Origin: Piedraia hortae CBS 480.64
Lineage: Eukaryota
NCBI GenBank assembly: GCA_010093745.1
Contig: MU005995.1
Span: forward strand, 124,001 to 165,103
Direction: 5' to 3'
DNA: 41,103 bases
In this document: positions 11,089 to 21,885 of the stretch, piece by piece
Layout: each line of letters starts with the position of its first letter
How positions within the stretch are numbered: the first letter of the stretch is position 1
The notes under the pieces: generated by a model
Told to the model about the DNA's origin: nothing
What the model saw: only the letters and a program-made list of their open reading frames with translations
Databases searched by the model: none
Made by a program: the position numbers and the translations under genes

Positions 11089-13011
11089 ATGTTCGTGTGC
11101 AACTTCTGCAGACAGCGACTGCTTCGGTCATGTACACCTAGAGCCTCCGCCCTGTCGGCCTCATCAGCTTATCCGAGTCGTCATGCGGCTACGCTGACGG
11201 ATGTGGCCAAGTCCGAAAGCAATCTACAGCGCCCTCCCATCCATTACCATTACGCAGCCGACAAATCTACAGACGAACATGTGCGCAAAAGGCAGGAAAC
11301 ATCCAAGCGGATCGCTATCGACCGCGAGCTGAAATGGCTGGCGGATCCGTTGAAGCTCGCAGATCGGGTCACCGCGTTGGTGAAGGAGAATCAGGTGGAG
11401 AAGGCAGAGCAGCTATGTCGGCAAGCGAGCTCTCGAATGGACTGCGTTGTTGCCTGGAATCGCCTCGTTGACCACTACATGCAAGGCGGCCACGTCAAGA
11501 CGGCGCTGAAGACGTTCAACGAGATGAAGAAACGCGCCCAATTTCCAGATAAATACACATATACCATCATATTACGAGCTCTTTCTCCGCCTCCTGGCCA
11601 GCTGCTTCCGCCCCAAGTGGCCGATGCCAATGCTACAAGGGCCGTCAGTCTCTACAACAGCATGACGGCACCCAACAGCCGCGTCAAACCTTCCCTTATC
11701 CACACCAACGCAACGCTACGAGCGTGTGCCTTTGCCAGTAACCTGGACGCTTTTTGGGGAATTTTAGGCAAACTTCCTGCGTCTGGCCCAAACTCGGCTG
11801 ACCACCGCACTTACACTTTGATTCTAGACGCCATACGGCACGATGCCACGGCGATGCTGCCTGACACAACAGCAGTTCAGCGGCACATGAAGCGATCCCA
11901 AGCTGCAGCTCATGGCCGTCAGATCTGGCAGGAAGTCGTGTCTCGCTGGCGGCAGGGCTACATCCACATCGACGCGGTACTGGTGGGGTCCATGGCCCGG
12001 CTATTGCTCATCAGCGAGTCCATCAAAGACTGGGACGACGTACTCAGTCTCATACAACAAACAATGCAGATAAAACGATTGATCCAACCAGTAGGAAGCT
12101 CCCAGCGCCAAATCGCCCACGTGCCTGATGCGGAGCCTCCTATCAACATGTCTTTGACCGATCAAAAACAAGCAGAAGAAACAGCAGACATGCCCATCAC
12201 CAAAGTGTTCCACCCTCTCGCAGAACCCGACTCGCAAGAACTCGACGTCACAACCCCATCTAGCAAATCTCGCCTTGCCTACGTCGAGCCCACCAACGAC
12301 ACCCTCTCCGTCCTCATGGACGCCTGCAGTCTGATGCGCATCCCCAAATCCGCCTGGGCATATTGGAATCTCCTCATAACTCAATACAACATCATCCCCG
12401 ACCTCCCCAACCTGCACAGCCAGCTCCGCATCCTAAGCCGAAGCCGCTCCTCAGAGCGAGTTGTAAACCTCCTTTCCAACCTCCTAACCGACCCCACTAA
12501 ACGCCGCGACCTATCCCCAAACGCACTAACATTCCGCCTCGCCATGGAAGCCTGCATGCGAGACAAGAACAACCCCCATGCCCCTGCCCACGCGGAAACC
12601 ATCCTTTCATTGATGAATCAGGCCCTTGCAATCCCCGATCCCGCTGTCCTAGAAGCCTGCATCTCCCTCCCCCTGCTCCTCAACAACGATGCCAACATCC
12701 GCGCAGCGCTCGACCGCTTGTACCCCCACGTCGATGTCGTGCGGGAACAGTTCCTGATTCGCCCGAAGGGCTCGTTCCTCTCGCCGGCGGCGACGCGGAG
12801 GAAGAACGCGGCGGTGCTGTTTTTGAAGAATTTGGTTAGTGCGATTGACAAGTTGATGAGGAAAGGGGTGTTTAAGGAAACAGATGATGAGAAGATTTGG
12901 GGCGAAAGGAGGGTAAAGCTTTGCGCGGCGATTGGATTGGCAATGAATCCCGCTCAGGGGAGGGCGGAGAGGGTAATGTTGGCGGGGGGTGATAAAGCAA
13001 GGAGGGTGTGA
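11089..13011 (+). CDS. Pentatricopeptide-repeat (PPR) protein, probably mitochondrial, 640 aa
   Basis: PPR motif VVAWNRLVDHYMQGGHVKTALKTFNEMKKRAQFPDKYTYTIILRAL plus degenerate repeats. The N-terminus from ATG 11089 (MFVCNFCRQRLLRS...) is R/S/A-rich and acid-poor, like a targeting presequence. Confidence 0.85.
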   Translation: MFVCNFCRQRLLRSCTPRASALSASSAYPSRHAATLTDVAKSESNLQRPPIHYHYAADKSTDEHVRKRQETSKRIAIDRELKWLADPLKLADRVTALVKENQVEKAEQLCRQASSRMDCVVAWNRLVDHYMQGGHVKTALKTFNEMKKRAQFPDKYTYTIILRALSPPPGQLLPPQVADANATRAVSLYNSMTAPNSRVKPSLIHTNATLRACAFASNLDAFWGILGKLPASGPNSADHRTYTLILDAIRHDATAMLPDTTAVQRHMKRSQAAAHGRQIWQEVVSRWRQGYIHIDAVLVGSMARLLLISESIKDWDDVLSLIQQTMQIKRLIQPVGSSQRQIAHVPDAEPPINMSLTDQKQAEETADMPITKVFHPLAEPDSQELDVTTPSSKSRLAYVEPTNDTLSVLMDACSLMRIPKSAWAYWNLLITQYNIIPDLPNLHSQLRILSRSRSSERVVNLLSNLLTDPTKRRDLSPNALTFRLAMEACMRDKNNPHAPAHAETILSLMNQALAIPDPAVLEACISLPLLLNNDANIRAALDRLYPHVDVVREQFLIRPKGSFLSPAATRRKNAAVLFLKNLVSAIDKLMRKGVFKETDDEKIWGERRVKLCAAIGLAMNPAQGRAERVMLAGGDKARRV

Positions 13012-14014
13012 GTCAGTGGAGATTGTGTATGATATGGATGTTGAGTGTATAACTAGATAGACCCGAAGCCGCACGTGGACGGGAAATGTATGTAAACTTC
13101 TCGGTTTGCTCGATTTCTCTAGTGACTTTTCAACAACGTCTACGGTAATTTTGGTGGAAGTTGTTCAAGGTCTGCAAGGTGGGATATGGACGCTGATGGC
13201 GTATAATTTTCGCCGGCTTCAAAGCAGAGATCAGAGATGCGGAAGACCCAGAGTCATAAGATTCTTCATGACTGTTGGCACATCTCATTCAGAACCGAGA
13301 TACGTAGATCAACTACTCCGCCGCAGGATAGCATGCGAGGTGGTGGAGAAGTTTGGATCTATCTGCGCTACGACAACGGAAAGTGTAAGGGTGGAGTGTC
13401 TGAATGGCCCCAAAAAAAATAAAGGCTTTTGAGGAGTAACTAGCAATTCAGTTGCCGAGCAAAGACAACTTTCGTGCACGAAGCTTTGGCTACCGTCGCA
13501 TTTACAAGGGTGAATAAGTCTGTTCCCTAGGCCAATAGATCATGCACAAAGTGCCCGTAAGGCTCCGAATCGGTCTTCTGCCAGACAGATGCGGCACTGG
13601 CGGGCTGATGACATTTTTTCAGTTGTTGGGTGAGAGAGAACTACACGTGATGGCCTGATAAGTTGGCATATGTTCGTTGTGTTTGGTGCGTAGCGTTATG
13701 TGCACAAGAAGTGGGAAGAAGAAAAGGGTCGAAGAATTTCCTGAAAGGGAATTGGGGACCCGCCGACAGAACTCAACCACCGCTCTGAAGCTGAGCAGAA
13801 CCATTCAGTTGGGATCTGAAATGTAACCGTCAGTATCGTAGTTGACAGGTTGCATGGCAGCTTATCGGGGGTGATGCTCTTCGGGCTCATAATCATGCTG
13901 GTGTGCCAAGACTGCCCCACGTTCTGGCACGACCCGAAACGCATTCGCCGTGAAGACATCCTGTGACGTGACCATGCCCCAATGGAAGTACTTTCCGTGA
14001 CCTTTATAGGCGTC

Positions 14015-14947
14015 ACAGAATTTAGTGGGCAGCAGCAAGTGGGTAGCTACCCACTAAAAGTTGGAGTTTCATTGTCACCTGAATGCGAGTCTCATTGTCC
14101 GTGATATGATTCAACGTCACGTCATGGACGCCGTCATGTCGTCAAGACACTGACCATGATGAATGTGGGCAAGGGAAGAACAAGATGATGATTGAAATGC
14201 AGTTACATTGCATGTGCTTCAGAAGTTAATCACATCGGCCAGGTACTTCAATTGCTCATCGGTGTCGACCATCTCCTTGAACTTGATTTCTTCAGCAACA
14301 GTCAAGGTATCCTGAGGACACCGGGAAGCCAGGTGATATGATCGAGCAGAAGCAAAAGTCTGTGTACATCTAATCTCGGTTCGGGAAACATGCGAGATTG
14401 TCTGGCCATAGAATCTCCATTCAATCTATCGCGTCTACCCAATAGTACAGGGTCGAGACTGCTGTCTAATACGTGTGAGATGTAACATTCCCGGCAAACG
14501 AGACGATTCAAGATGCCGCCCATCCCGTGCGAATGCGCCATCAGGGGAGTCATGGATTGGGAAGACTTGACAACTGAACACAAGCCTTACCCCTGCGAAT
14601 ATCGCTTGTCTTGGTACCCAAGTACTAGCGAGGTCGCTTAGCCAACCTGTCAAGGAGAGACAGATATTCGGCGTACGAAGCGCATCGGTGTAGGCGACGT
14701 GTACAACTACGTACATTGTTTCGGGAGGCGAGGCACGATCGTGACGAGATGCTGTTAATATTTTACGTCGTGGGTGTGGTATTAGTCACCGGCAAAAAGT
14801 TTGTCCCGGTTGTATGATGGCGATCGTGACTGGTAGTAGCGATCAACCAGTTTTTATCACGTGATGATGAGGCTCGCTGTCGCATGACAATGAAACTCCA
14901 ACTTTTAGTGGGTAGCTACCCACTTGCTGCTGCCCACTAAATTCTGT
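14015..14947. mobile_element. Non-autonomous TIR DNA element (MITE-like), 933 bp, with perfect 63-bp terminal inverted repeats
   Basis: 14015-14077 is the exact reverse complement of 14885-14947. No intact transposase inside. The ends read CA|CAGAAT...ATTCTG|TA, compatible with a TA target site mutated on the left. Confidence 0.85.
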
Positions 14948-15349
14948 AGACTCCTTTTGAAGTATTGGGAGGTGTCAACCCAATTTTGCTCAATCCTCAA
15001 AGTGTGTGAGCAGGAAAACCAATATAAGTAATTTGAAATTAATACTGTTCTGATGGCGTACTACTGTCAAGCCTGCGGCAACACACATTCTGGGGTCATA
15101 CATACCCGCTGCAATGGGATTGTGAGCAATTAACAAAGTACGTATGATACCTACCGTACGAGGATTCTGGACATGCCCTTTCGAATAACCAGTATATCGC
15201 TACATATTCTCTGCATTCGCATCATGATCAGGCGGGTGCCATTACATAGGCTAGCTTTCGGATGAAAACTCCGATGTATCATAGCATGACAGACATCCTC
15301 AGCTAAGAGTTGATGCAGCAGTTTCGTCACGTACCTCCTTCACCGATTC

Positions 15350-16200
15350 CCGCGTGAGCTTTGAGTGCGGTGCCCGTGGCTTAGCCCCTGGGACATCTCG
15401 ATGAGAGAGAGTATCGACTCCATGTGACTATCGCTAACTCGGTGCTTGGGTGAATTGTAATGGACGAAGAGAATTGTCTCCACCCCCGAGTCATATGGGA
15501 ACCATGCGTGCTCGGGATCTCACACCATGAGCGGCTCACATAGAACGAAGCCTGAAAGGTGACTTGCCGTGGCTTCATCACTGTCGACTCCCATAACGGG
15601 TAAATCGATCTCGTCGTCTAGTTGCTCGTCTTCGTCCTCTGAGTTCCCATCTTCACTTTCATCACTAGTCATGTTGCGATCCCGTCATCCTCTCTGTCAC
15701 TTCTAACACTGTAAATGCCGTCTCTGGAGTCTTTACTGCTATCGACGTTGATGCCGGCACCCTCGTCATTCATTGTTGTATCATCTTCCATATCAGCGTC
15801 CTCCTGGCGCATCGAATCGTCCATGGATGGCGTGAAGATGCCGGTGGCTCCCAAATCGGGCAAAGGATCACGATGGGGTCCGAACCCCATCTCGTCAAGG
15901 CCAGCTTCATCGTCGTCATAGTCCCAATCTAAACCTGCCTCCGTGGCCTGTGTTCCTGCGTCTTGCTTGGGCAATGTTTTGCTTCGCTCGCTGCGCCTTG
16001 GCAATGAGTCGCTCGGAAACGCAAGAGAACGCCCGTTCTTCTTTCCATTCGCGAATTTCAGCATCTGTTCATAGTGTCTTGTTCTTTTGGTACTTTCTGG
16101 TAACAAAGTGTTTTCCCAGTTTCAAGCGGGATACCGCCGAAAAGGGAAGAAATGTAAAGGCTGTCCCGCAATGTGGCACCAACAGCCATTATGTTGGATT
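15350..16200 (-). pseudogene. Decayed ORF, possibly the N-terminal part of a fungal transposon-encoded protein
   Basis: Frameshifted and stop-interrupted reading: a Cys/His remnant (CWCHI...KHFVTRK), a long acidic linker, then HAWFPYDSGVETILFVHYNSPKHRVSDSHMESIL...DVPG. This resembles a WxPY...PRxRxS...DVP motif I recall from fungal repeat-encoded proteins. Confidence 0.35.
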
Positions 16201-16789
16201 TTTGCTGCATTGGAGCTTCGTCCGAACTGAACGCCCGTCTAATGAATCAAATTCGCGAGACTAGATCGACGTGAGATGTTGCAAGTCGACCAGTCGTCGC
16301 AGATGATTGGGATCCGGAACCGTGCGTGAGTGCGCAGTAGTCCCATTAGGCAGAAGAAGAGCAGCTTTTCCTAAGGAGACAACATACAGAACAACCCCAC
16401 CCTGCGATCTGATGTGCCTGCAGAGAGCGGAGTACAGGATAGGTATTACACTGCCACCGGTATCCTGGAAAAAGAAGAGAGCCAAGTGGGGTACTGCCAC
16501 GGTTGTTGGATGCATTCGACAAATCTCCGCACAAATGACCACCATGGAAGCTCAATGAATGCGGTTCCGTAAGTGAGCTGTAAGCATTGTGAATCCGTTC
16601 TACTCAGACCGCTGCACCCGTCACTCTGAAATTTGGATGGTCCGGACCTCTTGAGACGCTTCCATACATTGTGCATAGGATTTGCCGGAGTTGTGACAAC
16701 ATGATCGCAATCGCTTACAGAGATTCCGCCCGACAAGCTGGCAATCAAAAGGGCAAGCCACGCCGGGAAAGATAATGTCCCCGAAAGCA

Positions 16790-17760
16790 TCAAAATCTTC
16801 TCTCAGTATCTGAATATTCACGACATATGAGACATATGCCATGTATATCAATGCGCCTTGGGGCATGTCCTCCGGTTATGCCCCGAATTGCCACATATGC
16901 CACATAAGTTTGGGCCGACTCAGCGACTTGAGCTTGATTGGCGCTTTCATCGACGTCAGCTATCATAGTATCGGCATCATGTCCCGTCGGTATACCACCG
17001 TGCTGGAGATGCGGTTCTCGGACACTGTGTCGAGCCTGAAGATACTCGTTGACTTTCGTTAGATCTGCAACCTCTCTTTTCAGCATAGAGATCCGAGCCT
17101 CATGCGACTCCAATGATGCATTGGCTCCCCTACCCATCTGCTGGTATTCGACTACTGGCATGATGCCTTGAGTCTGCAAGTTTTCCACCATATTTTGCTG
17201 GGCGGCAGCGTGAACACATATTGCTCTTTCCATTTCTATCATCCCGCGAGCATGAAATTGCCCTGCGGTGTATGCATTATGGCCGGCCTGTTCGTCATCC
17301 TCATCAACTTTGGTGTCGTACTCACGACGGAATTCTCCACTGCGCAGGTGACGCCAAGAGATGGCAATCGCCATGTGACGCCGTTGCTGCGTGGGTATCG
17401 GCGTCTGGAGCCCTCGTTGAGAATCCCGTTGCATCACCTTCGATAACCTGGAGCTGAGCCAGCTATCCTTCCCCTTGCCCCATAGGAGAGAGGTTTCCAC
17501 GTGGGACATGGGCACAAGCCTGACCAACTTGGTGGCTTGGTTCACAAACGGCACGACCAGCCAAAGGTACACCACCATCATCTCGCTTTCTTCCTTCGGA
17601 AGGTAGCGGTGAATGATCTTGGTGGTGCCTGTTGTGGAGTAACCCTTTTGATAGGCACTCACCAGGGCAACAAAAAAGCTGGCGGTTTTTTTTGAAGGTT
17701 TTTCCAGTACCTCACCCAACATAACACGGACATGTCTGTTCGACGGGCCCAGGCATCTTT
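16790..17760 (-). pseudogene. Remnant of a fungal telomere-linked-helicase/RecQ-associated (DUF3505-type) protein, tyrosine-recombinase-like segment
   Basis: VSAYQKGYS...KIIHRYLP...VYLWLVVPF...RRHMAIAISWRHL...DEQAGHNAYTAGQFHAR matches the motif order of this repeat-associated family. There is no proper start and the upstream part is frameshifted. Similarity stops near 17240 and no helicase domain follows. Confidence 0.7.
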
Positions 17761-19755
17761 TGCGGGAAGCATGACAGATATCCGTTACAAGACAGACATC
17801 CTGCTCGGTTGGTGCCAGGATGATGCAAGTGGCTAATCCAGATCTTACGACATAGCTTACCCGTTGTTGAGATGCGTCTTGACGCCAGATGCGGGAATTG
17901 TTGCTTAAGGAAGTCGCCTGGGTGGATGGCGTTTAAGGAGAAATCGATACATTTCGGGCCCACGACAAGGAGGGTTTGTCATGTTTCTGAATGTTAACGC
18001 CATAGCAGACAGACCGCGCGCAATCGGCCACCCAATCCCCAGCGGACATGTGAGCATGGCAATCTGAAACAGAATGAGTTTTACCGCTTTGAACGGTTGT
18101 GTCGTACGCTGACTTGTATTTAGCAATGGAAGTTGCTCCTCCGACCGTCGAGGCTGCGCGTTCCGGTCATAAGCTCTCTCGCTGTTCGGGAGAAGGTTGG
18201 CATTAGAGTCGTCCCAGGGAAGATGGTGGTTGGGCAACGAGGAGGCTGCTTGGCGTTTTCCTGTACTGTATCAAGATTTTGTCCAGGATAAAGCCCGAAG
18301 TCTCTTCCAAACCCCACCGACAAGTTGACGGGAAGTGTAACCGATAGGTCGCGCTGATGCAGCATCAGCAATACCAAGCAGCATGGCTGGGGCCATGTGT
18401 GTGGTAATGCTGGAGAAGGTTGGGAGACCTGTTCAGCAGTATTCTCCGGTTGATTCTGAAATGTCCATGCGATGAATTTTGCCATTCTGTAAGGGGCTTA
18501 GAAAGCTGATTCTCCTTTTCTGCTCATCATGCTTTGACATGACGGTGTTCCCTATCACGTTAGGGCTCACCACAACGATCGTAGGTCGTGTAGAAAACAT
18601 AGTTCGGCCTGGCAAAATCTCTTTTGTGCTGGACAGACGTGCTCTAGGGCAGGAGGCCGCATGCCCGTAGGTCGCGACGCTGGCTGCGCCAGTCGCTGAT
18701 ATCCTTCAGCGCCCGGTTAATCAAACTTCAAGAGAGCGCGTGTGTGGCATAAATCGGAAATTTCAGGCATGCTTCTGAAGGGGCAAAGTAGTGCTCACGT
18801 GACTTTTTGCGCACACAACTTTAAGATATTTCAGTGCGCATTGATATCCCTTCGGACGAGTCGATGCTGCTGACCAGCATTTAGGTCGGCAATACGCATT
18901 GCAATATGTGGACGCCATCTTTTTAGGCCATCGCTTTGTTATTCCGAGTGAGTGACTTGGCATAGTTGTGTAGGGTTTAATTTCCGGCGAGGTTGTGGGG
19001 GATGTGCAGGACAGCAACTCCCAGGCCTCGTTGGAGTCGGCCCGACCCTTTTGAACTCAACGACTTGACTTAAGTTCACCCGTGTGCGTAAACTGTCATG
19101 GCATTTGATTGATATTGACAAGTATTTAGCCGCGCTCTCGTTGGGCTATTAAGTATTTTGGGGTGCATAGCACGTTACAATGATATTTCCAAGGGAGAAT
19201 TCCTCTTCCCAAGCTCCAAAAGCGGGTGCGAAGACTAAAATAGATCTATCTGTATGAGCAACAGGCCTTGCAGTAAAACTTACAAGATGCTCGCGCTGGA
19301 AGTGCTCAAATGTAAGAAGAGCCTGCTCACTGGTGATAAATTGCTCTATGCGTTGTATCGATGCCGTCGGTAACTCTTATGAATTACTCAAGTCTACCGC
19401 CTGTGGCGACGGCGGGGATCATCGAGGCACTTCGAGATCGTAACTCTGTCTTTACGCCTTTCTGGACAATTCAGAGTCTATGTGGGCTAATCGTTCCTAG
19501 AAACTTGCGAAACTCTAACACTAGGTTCCACAAAGCGAGTTTTCCTGAAGCTGGACGCAAGTTGTTTTCTAAAATGCATTTGTGTTGCGACCGTTTTGTT
19601 TTGAACAATAACAACAATGCCGTCACTGTTCTTCGCGACAGTCGCGTGTCGCCCAGGCTACCCGCATATACAACACGACGCGCAAAATTTCTGAGCGGCT
19701 CTGTATCTTAGCACCTCCATTCCTACTCTGGCAACAACCTCCCGCAACACGACAA

Positions 19756-21825
19756 ATGGACGGCCCACTGGGCCTCACCCTCGGGGCATCCAATCAGGAG
19801 GACTCTGAGGATGCTGCGGTGATCAGGACCGCTGATACTGGGGATATGTTCCTGCTAGTCGATTCCTGCTATAGCATGCGCGGGCGGTAAGTTGCCAGGG
19901 CCTGTTTTAGAGCTTCCCTAACCTATCACTATAGGGTGAGATTTCAAGTCTCTAGCCACGTTCTCAGCACGGCCTCGCACATATTCAAACAACTGATCGA
20001 TAATATTGACGAGACCAAAACCCTCTACGTGCGCAAATTTGATGGGCGGATCGTCAACTATATGTGCAATGTGCTTCACGACACTCTCGATGCTGGGCTG
20101 GAGAAACTGAGGCCCAAGGACCTCTTCTCCCTCGCTCAGCTCTGTGAGCAATACGAATGCACCCAGCCGATCGCAGATGCAGTTGTAAGTTCGCTTAATC
20201 CTTGGCAGAAACCATTCTAATGCTTTCAGAGGCTCTACTGGGATAGCTACTTCTCCTCGCCCACGATCCATGAAGATATTTCATATCTTGTGGGGGCTGC
20301 ACTCTTTTTGGATGACCCGCAGAAATTCCTCCAGGCCACCCATCACTACATACTGCTACTTGTGGTGTGCGGTGCAAAAGTGGTCTACCCAACCTTCGAG
20401 ACCCCACGGGTCGATTCTGTCCTCACCCGTGCGCGTAATCGCCTTCCTGCAATTCTGGAATTTGTCCGCGCGGAGATATCCACAGGCATAGGCCCTTGCG
20501 TCTATTCGTTGTCACCTGTAACTTCTCACAGACGCGACACGCCCGTCGGGGTTAACATCGGCTATTATGACCCGAATACAAGGCAGATGGCCGCGCCCCC
20601 GGGAGTTACCCAACCGATGTGCTACACTCAAGCCACTGTCGCGAATCGTTATCTGGCGGAACTGCGTAGGGGTAGCATCTGGCCGGATACTTGCTGGCCC
20701 TTCACGTTGGCGATCTTGTTGACAAAGATTCAGAATTTTAAGATCCCCCATGTTGACACCAATTTGTTTTGTCGCACCTGCTTCAACGTTGCGGATCGAT
20801 TTGCTTGGACTTTTAACAACATGAGAATGCGTCTGCAACAGCGTTCTTTCGGACTTTGCATTGACTGCATCAATTGGGCCAACTATAGCCCGAACCAATG
20901 CCGCATTCACCATCCTAAACCTTTCCAGGCGAAGCCGAATACGAGGCAACATCCTGCACAGCCCATGGCCGTTGGACAAGCTCCTGCACAGCACCCAGGA
21001 CAACGTATGGGTCAAAACACGGTGCAGAATGCGCAGTTCCCTGGACAGCGTCCGGCCCCGACCATGGGACAGAATATAGGGCAGCACCCTGGACCGCAGC
21101 ACATTGGACAGCACCCTGGACACAGCATGAGACAGCAGCCGGCGCAAAATGCTGGGCAAATCGTGGGGCAGCACCCGTTGCAGAACGCTGGACAGCATTC
21201 GGGACAGCTTCCCGTACAGCATATGGGTCAGTATTCTGGACAAAACGTGGGACAGAATGCCGGGCAGCACATGGGACAGAACCCGGGACCGCACCAGCCA
21301 CAGTACGTGGTCATTGGACAGAACGCTGGACAGCAGCATGTGGGCCCGAATATGGTGCAGCAGCCTGGACAGAACATAGGGCAGAATATAGGACAGCATC
21401 CCGGACAGCACGTGAGCATGGGACAACATCCCGGACAGCAACACCCTGGGCAGCACCCAGGACAGCAGACCATGGGACCGAGCATGGGGCATCATCCGGG
21501 GCAGGGTCCTGGACAAAATATGGGGCATAACGCCGGGCATCAGGTGGGACAGCAGGTGGGCATAGGACAGCATCCTGCGCAGAACATGGGACAAAACATA
21601 GGGCAGCATCATGGGCATCATCCCTGGCAGCAGCCTGCGCATAACGCTGGGCAGGTCATAGGACAGCACCATGGACAGCAGACTATGGGACTGAATATGG
21701 GCCAGCATCCCGGGCAACACGCTGGACAGCAGCATGTACAGCAGGCCATGGGTCTGAACATGGGACAGCATCCTGCACAGAATATAGGTCAAAACATGGG
21801 CCAGAATCCCGGGCAAGATCCCTAG
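19756..21825 (+). CDS. BTB/POZ-domain protein with a C-terminal Q/G/H/N/P-rich repeat domain, 658 aa, 3 exons: 19756-19886, 19935-20184, 20230-21825
   Basis: Fungal BTB signature GDMFLLV...RFQVSSHVLSTASHIFKQLI...CNVLH...LAQLCEQYEC. Introns 19887-19934 (GTAAGT...CTAAC...TAG) and 20185-20229 (GTAAGT...CTAAT...CAG) join three ORFs in frame. A Cys cluster (CRTC, GLCIDC, CRIHH) precedes the repeats. Confidence 0.85.
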
Positions 21826-21885
21826 CAAAGCCCTGGGAAGAACCCTGGGCAGAACATGGGGCCACCGCGGCAGCCTCAATCGTGA
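20947..21885 (+). repeat. Coding imperfect tandem repeat, ~12-nt unit (GQHP/GQNI/GQNM/GQNA)
   Basis: Dozens of GGRCARMAYNNN-like units. The pattern continues past the TAG at 21823-21825. Confidence 0.9.

Noticed and set aside
13050..19700. An intact Starship giant element
   Set aside because: No intact DUF3435 captain at an element edge, no recognisable cargo and no identifiable boundary repeats; only decayed fragments.
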